A DNA stretch of 51,953 bases from Nanobdellota archaeon (GTDB taxonomy: Archaea; Nanobdellota; Nanobdellia; Woesearchaeales; DSVV01). The stretch spans positions 1-51,953 of the forward strand of contig JBNJGV010000001.1 of the NCBI GenBank assembly GCA_051819785.1. The letters are read 5' to 3'. The notes beneath the pieces were generated by a model. That model had not been told where the DNA came from and did no database searches. It saw only the letters and a program-made list of their open reading frames with translations. Both the position numbers and the translations under genes were made by a program. Below, piece by piece: positions 26,984 through 34,117 of the stretch (position 1 is the first letter of the stretch; each line of letters opens with the position of its first letter).

Positions 26984-28009
26984 ATGAAAAATAGGTTTCT
27001 TGAAAAAGCAATGACCAAAAATGAAATACGTGTATTTAATCATGTTGTTTTCAACAATTTTCTTGATATCTCAGAATTGAGGGCTGAATTTAAGGAGTCT
27101 TTGGAAAATCTTGAAAAAAAAGGTATTTTGATAAAGAAAAATAATTTTTATTTTTTAGATAATCCTTCAAAGGTTTTTAAAAACCTAAATAAGATTCTTA
27201 AAAACAGTTCAATCGATAAGATAATAGATGAAAAGACAACCCACCAACATATTGAAGTGACAAAAATGGGCGATGAGTTTCTCTTAGAATTAAACAGTAA
27301 CCCGCAGGTTTGTTCTATTGATGAAGAAGAATATCACTTTTGTATTGGAACTGTTCCATGTTGCTTAGCAAAAAAATTAAATCGTGTTCTTATTCTTGGG
27401 GGTGGTGATCTTTTAGCTGCACGCAATGTCTTGCAATTTAATGAAGTTGATGAAGTTATTCTTGTTGAACTTGATAAAAGGATACTTGATATTTTTTGTA
27501 ATTTGAATTTTCTTGCTGATTGTAACAAGTTTGCTTTTTCTGATTCCAGATTGAAAATAATTAACGGGGATGCATTTAAATGGCTAAATGAGGACAGTGG
27601 GAATTTTGATGTAATTATTTATGACTGTGAAGAAACGTTTACTAATCAGGGTGAAGAATTCAACATGGTTTCATACCTTGGGTTTTATGAACTGATGTTT
27701 AATAAATTGTCAGAGGGTGGGATACTCACCTTTAATTGTTCCAATGATCCTGAAGAAGAAGAATATTTTGATTATATGTTTGAAAAAAATATCAAAAAAA
27801 ATCTCCCTACCCATATTAGTAATATTATTGAAAAGAAAAAAAAGATGCATCAAAAACAATGGCTGTTGCATAAATTTAATCACAAGAATGTTGTGCGCAT
27901 CGACCTGACTTCACCTGTTGTAGGGTTCCATTCAAATTGGTATTTTTCTAATGAAAAAATAACCCAAAGGCGTGGGAATCAATCCTTAGATAATTTTTTC
28001 ATAAGATAA
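26984..28009 (+). CDS. Spermidine-synthase-fold (aminopropyl/methyl-transferase class I) protein with an N-terminal wHTH-like domain
   Basis: RVLILGGGDLLAARNVLQFNEVDEVILVELDKRILD and NGDAFKWL...FDVIIYD follow the SpeE pattern (GGGDGG ... E-x-D ... GD-x-x-x-[FW]L ... [FY]DVII-x-D). Confidence 0.55.
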   Translation: MKNRFLEKAMTKNEIRVFNHVVFNNFLDISELRAEFKESLENLEKKGILIKKNNFYFLDNPSKVFKNLNKILKNSSIDKIIDEKTTHQHIEVTKMGDEFLLELNSNPQVCSIDEEEYHFCIGTVPCCLAKKLNRVLILGGGDLLAARNVLQFNEVDEVILVELDKRILDIFCNLNFLADCNKFAFSDSRLKIINGDAFKWLNEDSGNFDVIIYDCEETFTNQGEEFNMVSYLGFYELMFNKLSEGGILTFNCSNDPEEEEYFDYMFEKNIKKNLPTHISNIIEKKKKMHQKQWLLHKFNHKNVVRIDLTSPVVGFHSNWYFSNEKITQRRGNQSLDNFFIR

Positions 28010-29007
28010 AGGCAGTTTTCTTGCCCTGCATGCCTATCAAAGGTGCCCGTCTTTACTAATTTATCTGATACTGCAATTAACCTGCAACCTCCTTTGCATA
28101 TATTAAAATATTCACATGAAGCGCAGGGTTCTTTTATCTTGTCAAAATTAATCAAGTTGTTTTTTATATTGATGTTTTTACCATCGAAATTTCCTATGCT
28201 GAACTCATCTACTGCTGACATACAAGGACAAGGGAAAATTTTCATATCCTCCAGACGTATTGCAATATGATTTTTGCCTGCATTGCAATAATGGTTCTTA
28301 AGAGGAGGTGCGAAAAACCAGCATTTTCTTTTATTTTCAGGGTTGTCTGGACCCCAGATTGAATCCAACTCAATAGTAAATGAATATTTTCCATAGTTTT
28401 CTTTTATTTTTTTATATATCTCATATCTTTCTTTTCCGGTTAAAATAGAATCTTCTCCAAGATTTTTTTTGGCATTTCCTGAATAGCATAATGGGATGAG
28501 CTCAACAAAATTAATAGGTAGGTTTTTCTCAGCGAAATCAAGCATATCTTTAATGTGGTTTTTGTTTTTTTTGTTTACTACGAAGTTTACACCGATAGTT
28601 TGTATATGGTCTCTGTGGCTTTTTTTTATGTAATTGACAATCTTGTTGAAATCATTTTTGCCACTTGAATATTTATGCAGTTTTTGATTATGTCCATGAA
28701 GGCTTATGACAATATTTGTCTTAAGTGAGTTCATGTATCTCAAGTCTTTCTCATCCGGAGAAAATTCTGGATTGATGTTAAGCCATTCGGGGTTGCTTCT
28801 TTCAAATTGCTTTGTTTTTCTAAATATTTCTATGGATTCATGATTTATATTAAAATCAAACAGATGAACAAAGTATCCTTGTTTTTTTAGAATCTTGACT
28901 ATTTGGGAGATCTTTTTGTATCCAACCGGAGAAGACCCTCCATAACAGCAAATATTGCAGTTACGTTGGCAATTCTTGTGAACAAGAGTAATTGTTTTAA
29001 TTTCCAT
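27979..29007 (-). CDS. Radical SAM enzyme with SPASM-like C-terminal Cys cluster
   Basis: The CX3CX2C motif is at KNCQRNCNICC. The C-terminal Cys cluster is CNAGKNH...FPCPC...EPCASCEYFNICKGGCRL. Its 3' end overlaps the convergent gene by 31 nt. Confidence 0.8.
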   Translation of the reverse strand: MEIKTITLVHKNCQRNCNICCYGGSSPVGYKKISQIVKILKKQGYFVHLFDFNINHESIEIFRKTKQFERSNPEWLNINPEFSPDEKDLRYMNSLKTNIVISLHGHNQKLHKYSSGKNDFNKIVNYIKKSHRDHIQTIGVNFVVNKKNKNHIKDMLDFAEKNLPINFVELIPLCYSGNAKKNLGEDSILTGKERYEIYKKIKENYGKYSFTIELDSIWGPDNPENKRKCWFFAPPLKNHYCNAGKNHIAIRLEDMKIFPCPCMSAVDEFSIGNFDGKNINIKNNLINFDKIKEPCASCEYFNICKGGCRLIAVSDKLVKTGTFDRHAGQENCLYLMKKLSKD

Positions 29008-29052
29008 TTTTTTTCGAAAAGTATTAATATTATATTAAATTTTAGGAGGCGT

Positions 29053-30180
29053 ATGGAAAAAAAACTTTTTGATTTTCAGGCATTGCTTGATAATTTCTCT
29101 GTGCTTGATAAAAAGTGGGACATTTCTTTAAAGAGTGTAGATGACCTTTCAAAGGTTAAAGTTACAAAAAGAAATGATATACATAGGTTCTCAATTAATT
29201 CTTGCCCTGAAAAACCAGTTTATGTTATGAATACCTCGGGAACTCTTGGGACGCCCACGTTATTTTTCATTTCAAAGGGTGCCTATGAAACACATATAAA
29301 AAGGGTTGAAACCATGTTCAAAATATCCGGATACAATCCGCATGAAGTTGTAGTTAACATGACAGAAGACCCAATTGCAAATAGTGCTTTTGTTCGTGGC
29401 GGGCATACATTTATTCATACTGGAATGCTGATTGAACAAAACGCAGAAATAATTGCCCAGAAGATTTTACAGACGAGACCCACTTATATGTATACATATC
29501 TTTCATTGGCATATGATTTATTCAAGATGATAAATAAGAAAGGTGTTGTGAAAAATATCGTTGGTGTTGGTTCTCTTGTTACTAAAGACTTTAAAAATTC
29601 TATTAAGGAGCTTACTGGTGCAGATTTTAAGATGATGTATGGGACACAGGAGTTTGGTGCTCTTGGCATCCAGGAAAATGAAGATGACGAATATTATTCT
29701 CTGATTGATGATGGTCTTTATACTGAGGTCATGAATAAATCTGGTGAAATCTCCGAAAACGGTAGTGGGGCTCTTCTTATTACAGATTACAATAATTTTT
29801 CATCGCCTTTTATAAGATATTTTGTAGGTGATGAAGTTGAGCTGATGAGAAAAGATGGCAAAACTTATCTTAAAGTTTTAGGCAGATGTGATAATTTTAT
29901 AAAACTCCAAGGGGATGTCGATTCAAAGGAAGGCATAATTTCAATTATGCAAGGTATTCTAAAACATGATAATTTTTTGATAGAGGTTACAAATGATACT
30001 GGATTAAATGACTATATGACCATTTTAGTACCTTCAAAGGATTTAGAAAAAAGAAAACTTATTTCAGAAAAAATGATGGAGTTTTACCAAGTACCTTGTG
30101 TTGTTAAAGCTTTAAATTCTCCTGTACCAAAGACACAATCTGGTAAAAGAATTAATATCAATGATAAACGATTTAGCTAG
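29053..30180 (+). CDS. Adenylate-forming ligase, PaaK/CapK/F390-synthetase-like
   Basis: MNTSGTLGTPTLFF matches the AMP-binding motif (SSGTTGKPT). LKVLGRCDNFIKLQGDV matches the GR-x-DD-x-I-x-x-x-G block. I prefer the ATG at 29053, preceded by AGGAGG at 29044-29049. The track start at 28903 would overlap the divergent radical SAM gene. Confidence 0.6.
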   Translation: MEKKLFDFQALLDNFSVLDKKWDISLKSVDDLSKVKVTKRNDIHRFSINSCPEKPVYVMNTSGTLGTPTLFFISKGAYETHIKRVETMFKISGYNPHEVVVNMTEDPIANSAFVRGGHTFIHTGMLIEQNAEIIAQKILQTRPTYMYTYLSLAYDLFKMINKKGVVKNIVGVGSLVTKDFKNSIKELTGADFKMMYGTQEFGALGIQENEDDEYYSLIDDGLYTEVMNKSGEISENGSGALLITDYNNFSSPFIRYFVGDEVELMRKDGKTYLKVLGRCDNFIKLQGDVDSKEGIISIMQGILKHDNFLIEVTNDTGLNDYMTILVPSKDLEKRKLISEKMMEFYQVPCVVKALNSPVPKTQSGKRININDKRFS

Positions 30181-30193
30181 TTTTTTCTATATT

Positions 30194-31084
30194 TCAAATT
30201 GTTTCATTACATTTTTCTTTGATTATATTTTTATATCTTAAATAATCTTGTTTTGTTATTGTTTCGCATATTTCAGAATCAGGGGAGGGTAATGACCCAC
30301 ACATACTGGCATTACCTGTTTTGAAAGCATTAAAAAAAACAGAAATCTCTATACATGTGTTATAATTATTAAAATCATCATTGCTTTTGAAGTAATCACA
30401 ATATGTTGTGTTTTTTTCTGATATTGCTTTGCAATATGTTTTAGGAACTGCTTCCATGGAATCGCAGCTTGTTTTTTTTTTAAATAATAATTTACAAAGG
30501 CTCTTTTGTTCTTCTTTTCCAATTTTATTACACAATTTCTCGTCTTTATCTTTAAGCGCTTTTGAAGAGAAATAGACTGCTTTACAATAATCTTTTTCTT
30601 CTTTATTATCAATTTTATTGCAAAAATCAGGGTTGTTTTCAAATAGGGCAATAATAATAGGATCTTTATTCTCTTCATAACACTTCTGGATTTCCTCTTC
30701 AACAAACCTTTTGTTCCTTTCTCTGGTAAGTTCGTCCATTTCTTCATTTGTTAATTTTGTTTCTTTCTCTTCATTTATTTCTTCTTTCTCTTCAGGTGTA
30801 TCTTCTGTTGTGTCTGTGTTATTAGGTTCTTCTGAGTTAATTAGTAATAAAAACATTCCGACAATTAAAAGAACAATCATAATGACTGCAAAAATATATA
30901 CTTTGCCTGTATTATGTATTTTGTATTTTTCTTGCTGAAGGGGTTGATTTTTCTCGGCCTCTTTAAAGGCAAAATTAATTTTTTCTTTGTTATATCCTGC
31001 CTCAACTAGAATTTTTGTAATTTTTTCATCAGAGAAGCCCCTTTGCTTTTCTCTTAAGATATAGTTGGCTAATTGTTCGACCAT
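30194..31084 (-). CDS. Single-pass membrane protein with acidic linker and Cys-rich extracytoplasmic domain (hypothetical)
   Basis: The N-terminal soluble segment is ANYILREKQRGFSDEKITKILVEAGYNKEKI, and the TM helix is VYIFAVIMIVLLIVGMFLLLI. About 16 Cys follow in recurring C-[NK]-K-[IA] / K-x-x-C spacing. Confidence 0.5.
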   Translation of the reverse strand: MVEQLANYILREKQRGFSDEKITKILVEAGYNKEKINFAFKEAEKNQPLQQEKYKIHNTGKVYIFAVIMIVLLIVGMFLLLINSEEPNNTDTTEDTPEEKEEINEEKETKLTNEEMDELTRERNKRFVEEEIQKCYEENKDPIIIALFENNPDFCNKIDNKEEKDYCKAVYFSSKALKDKDEKLCNKIGKEEQKSLCKLLFKKKTSCDSMEAVPKTYCKAISEKNTTYCDYFKSNDDFNNYNTCIEISVFFNAFKTGNASMCGSLPSPDSEICETITKQDYLRYKNIIKEKCNETI

Positions 31085-31123
31085 CTTTTTATAATTGACC
31101 CCTTTCTTTATATTTTTTGTTAT

Positions 31124-31957
31124 TTACTTTACGGTGGTTGTAAAAGGTACGGGTTTTTCTCCTGAATGCTCAATGTAACCTTTCCAGAAACCGCAGCATT
31201 TTGATTTTTTTTCACACCTCCTGCATTCATTTGGGAAATATATGTCTTCTTCAGGCGCAGTTTTTCCTTTGGTATGCTTATGAAGTTCTTTTGGAAGAAA
31301 ACAAAGCGGCAGGTGTAAAATTATAGGCTTTATATTAGTTTTTTTTATAACCTTTGTTGCATTTTTTATTGGTTCTATTGTTTTTTTATAGCTAATAAAC
31401 AAATTGTTAATGTTACTTAATGCTTCACCATCAATTTTCATTTGTATAAATACAATCCTTTTAGCACCCTGAAACTCTTTTTTTATAAATTGAGAAATCT
31501 TTTCAAGTTTACTATAGTTAAGTTTTGTTATTATTATTCGTACTTCTGCGTTATATCCTTTAGATATTAGTTTTTTTAATCCAGTAACGGCTTGTTTGAA
31601 GCTTTTTTTGGTTCTAGTCATAGCATCATGTTCTGGCTCATTATCTGAATAAAGAGCTGTTGCTATTATGAATCTTTCTTTATTAATATTACAAGATTCA
31701 AATTTTTCAAAGAAATTTTTGTTTGAGAAAGCCCTTGCATTGCTGAGTATTAACCCAGATGAACCTGAATTATTAACGTCTTTTATTGCTTTGAAGAAAT
31801 TTTTAGAAAGCGTAGGTTCTCCACCCGAAAGAACAACCATCTTTTCTTTATCTTTTATTTTTGGGTAACTATCTCTTACTTCTTTTTCTCTTAACTTTTT
31901 CTCGGCAACACAGCATAGGCAGTTGTTATTGCATTTTGTTGTAAGTGTAATATGCAT
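31124..31957 (-). CDS. Radical SAM enzyme, HxsC-like (second maturase of a His-Xaa-Ser-type pair)
   Basis: The CX3CX2C motif is at TTKCNNNCLCC, with GGEPTL and NARAF blocks. The C-terminal Cys cluster is CRRCEKKSKCCGFW. It lies immediately downstream of the HxsB-like gene. Confidence 0.5.
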   Translation of the reverse strand: MHITLTTKCNNNCLCCVAEKKLREKEVRDSYPKIKDKEKMVVLSGGEPTLSKNFFKAIKDVNNSGSSGLILSNARAFSNKNFFEKFESCNINKERFIIATALYSDNEPEHDAMTRTKKSFKQAVTGLKKLISKGYNAEVRIIITKLNYSKLEKISQFIKKEFQGAKRIVFIQMKIDGEALSNINNLFISYKKTIEPIKNATKVIKKTNIKPIILHLPLCFLPKELHKHTKGKTAPEEDIYFPNECRRCEKKSKCCGFWKGYIEHSGEKPVPFTTTVK

Positions 31958-31988
31958 CTACATCACTTTGTGCTATGTTCTGTAAAGA

Positions 31989-33392
31989 TTAATCATAAAA
32001 TTTTATCCATTTTTCAAACACTTCTTTAGCAGACTCATCAAAAAGATATTTTTCAAAAATATAATCAAATTGTGCTTTAAATATCTGGCAATATGTTGTT
32101 TGTGGAACGTTTGCAACAATGCTGCCCTGTTCTGCGTAGTTAACTACTGGACAAAGCCCACAATATGGTTTATAGGGGCAATACTCACATATATCTGTGT
32201 CGTTAATTGATGAGGATATCAAAGAAGTACTTTCTTCGCAAGAAATAACTTCTTTAAATTTTTGATTCTTGACTGACCCAATTTTAAAAATCTCTTCTTC
32301 GAACATTCTCCCTTCATCACAGCAAAAAATGTCTCCTTTATGATTATATGCCATCTGACCGATGACTGCGCCACAGGGGCTTCGCATATCAAGAAACCCT
32401 GGGTCAACTTTCTGTAAAATCTTTTGAAGAATAATTGTTGTTCCTCTTTCTCTGAAAAAGATACCTTCTTTATTCTTTTTTATTATGTAATCAAGGCTTT
32501 TTTTCCAAAACTTAATAAACTCCTCAGGTGAATATTCTATCTTATCCTTGTTTTTATTTGCGTAACCCAACTTGTTAAAATATCTTAAATGAATTCCTTT
32601 TAATCCAAGGCCAAGATATTCATCTATGATTTCTTTAGGATATTTAATTGATTCTTTTGTAATTGTAACAAGAGCGTTCATTTGTGCATTTAGTTCTTTT
32701 TTTTTGTATTCTTGCTGGATTTTTTTAATCCAGCCCGTTACCAACTCATGGCTGGATTTTTTATATGGTCTGTTAAAGTCATGGAGTTTTTTTGGCCCAT
32801 CTAAGGAGGTACATATATCAATCTGATTTTTTATGCAGTATTCAAGTATTTCATCAGTCATTTTTGTAAGATTGGTAACCATAACAAAACGAAGATTCTT
32901 GTTATATTTTTTATTCACATTCTTGGCATAGTTTGTAATTTTTTTTATTATTTCGAAATTTAATAAAGGCTCTCCCCCCTGGAATTCTATTGTTACTTGT
33001 TTAGAAGGGCTCTGGAAAATATAATCAACTGTTTGTTCAGCTGTTTTCTCGTCCATATCGTAGCCTTTAGCATCTTTTTGAGTAGAAGAAGTCTGACAAT
33101 ATAGGCATTTTTGATTGCATCTTAATGTTATCGCTACAATGTGAAGAGAAGTGCCCTGCCTGAGAAAATTATATCTTGTATTATAATCGTTTTTTATTTC
33201 TTCTTTGTTGTTTTTTGTTAGAATTATCCCCTTTGATTCGAGTTTTTTGAAAAGGTTTTCTTCTTTAATGTTATCATACTGGAGATGTTCAAACTCTTCT
33301 TTGTTCAAAGCAATCCAATTGCCATGACTTGTTGTTACAAGATATTTGTCATTTATCTTTTTGAATCTGAAAGGATTTATAAGGTATTTCAT
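31989..33392 (-). CDS. Radical SAM/SPASM enzyme, HxsB-like
   Basis: 467 aa. The N-terminal PFRFKKINDKYLVTTSHGNWIALNKEEFEHL resembles the HxsB leader-binding-type N-terminus. The CX3CX2C motif is at LRCNQKCLYC, with FQGGEPLL. The SPASM-like tail is CGA...CCDEGR...CEYCPYKPYCGLCPV. Confidence 0.6.
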   Translation of the reverse strand: MKYLINPFRFKKINDKYLVTTSHGNWIALNKEEFEHLQYDNIKEENLFKKLESKGIILTKNNKEEIKNDYNTRYNFLRQGTSLHIVAITLRCNQKCLYCQTSSTQKDAKGYDMDEKTAEQTVDYIFQSPSKQVTIEFQGGEPLLNFEIIKKITNYAKNVNKKYNKNLRFVMVTNLTKMTDEILEYCIKNQIDICTSLDGPKKLHDFNRPYKKSSHELVTGWIKKIQQEYKKKELNAQMNALVTITKESIKYPKEIIDEYLGLGLKGIHLRYFNKLGYANKNKDKIEYSPEEFIKFWKKSLDYIIKKNKEGIFFRERGTTIILQKILQKVDPGFLDMRSPCGAVIGQMAYNHKGDIFCCDEGRMFEEEIFKIGSVKNQKFKEVISCEESTSLISSSINDTDICEYCPYKPYCGLCPVVNYAEQGSIVANVPQTTYCQIFKAQFDYIFEKYLFDESAKEVFEKWIKFYD

Positions 33393-33598
33393 TTTAGTAT
33401 TTTGGTCATTCCAAGCGTATAATTTTTGAACTCTTTAATTGTTTCTTCGGGGTTTTCTCTTTTGGTTTTCAGTTTAACTTTATGGGTTTCTTTATCTTCT
33501 TTTAAGTCCCCTTCGACAAAATCTTTAAAATCATTAATGGCTGCAAGGATTGCGTTTTTAGAGTATAATTCCTTTTCGAACCTAACTGTTTTCTCCAT
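33389..33598 (-). CDS. HxsD-like small protein, short paralog (69 aa)
   Basis: VRFEKELYSKNAILAAINDF...IKEFKNYTLGM aligns with the neighbouring 139-aa protein (FLDKELYPKDVLHTTAYVF...SKEFKNQLINYAHHM). Its stop overlaps the HxsB-like start (ATGA). Confidence 0.4.
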   Translation of the reverse strand: MEKTVRFEKELYSKNAILAAINDFKDFVEGDLKEDKETHKVKLKTKRENPEETIKEFKNYTLGMTKILK

Positions 33599-34001
33599 TT
33601 TTGTTATATTTTTCCTCCCACGGGACGAGAATTCCTTCAGGGTCTTCTATATCATCTTCCTGCTCAAAGTCGAATTCAAAACTCTCCTCTTCGTTATCGA
33701 TAAAATTGTATGCGAAAATCTCTTGGAGAAGCTTTTTCTTAACTTCTTTGTTTTTTTCATTCATTTGCATATGGTGGGCATAATTTATTAGTTGGTTTTT
33801 GAATTCTTTTGAAAGTTGTTTTGCGTCTTTGTTGTTTTTTGGCTCGAGTTCAACGATAATTTCGTTATCTTTACCCTTTTTCAAAAAGATATAGGCCTTT
33901 TCAAGGAAAACATATGCTGTTGTGTGAAGCACATCTTTTGGGTAGAGCTCTTTGTCAAGAAAGATTTCAACCTTTTCTTTCTCTGAGTTGGTCTTTTCCA
34001 T
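33582..34001 (-). CDS. HxsD-like small protein with acidic C-terminal tail (139 aa)
   Basis: EFKNQLINYAHHMQMNEKNKEVKKKLLQEIF resembles the LLNDYxLRE-type motif region that defines HxsD. I prefer the ATG at 34001 (MEKTNSEKEK) over the TTG at 34022. Confidence 0.4.
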   Translation of the reverse strand: MEKTNSEKEKVEIFLDKELYPKDVLHTTAYVFLEKAYIFLKKGKDNEIIVELEPKNNKDAKQLSKEFKNQLINYAHHMQMNEKNKEVKKKLLQEIFAYNFIDNEEESFEFDFEQEDDIEDPEGILVPWEEKYNKNGENS

Positions 34002-34071
34002 ACTTGCTTTGACTGGGGGCAAGATATTTAAATGTTACTAATCTTTCTAAAATGCAAATCCAGTAAAAAGC

Positions 34072-34090
34072 AAAAATTTATATAAAATTT
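34072..34090. promoter_or_regulatory. AT-rich TATA-like element in the divergent intergenic region (serves 34118 + gene; a second TATA-like atttaaatat at 34025-34034 faces the Hxs-like operon)
   Basis: AAAAATTTATATAAAATTT lies 28-46 nt upstream of the ATG at 34118, which also has a GAGGT SD at 34110-34114. Confidence 0.35.
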
Positions 34091-34117
34091 AATCCCAAAT
34101 TTTTAAAAAGAGGTACA

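Noticed and set aside
28903-29052. Long N-terminal extensions in the ORF track from alternative start codons (also 22092-22151, 37087-37146, 48131-48217, 50780-50803, 51664-51741, 16710-16739, 13538-13606, 34002-34022)
   Set aside because: The extensions overlap neighbouring genes or promoter elements. Internal ATGs are preceded by SD-like GGAGG/GAGGTG sequences or give canonical N-termini (class III signal peptides, KOW domain).
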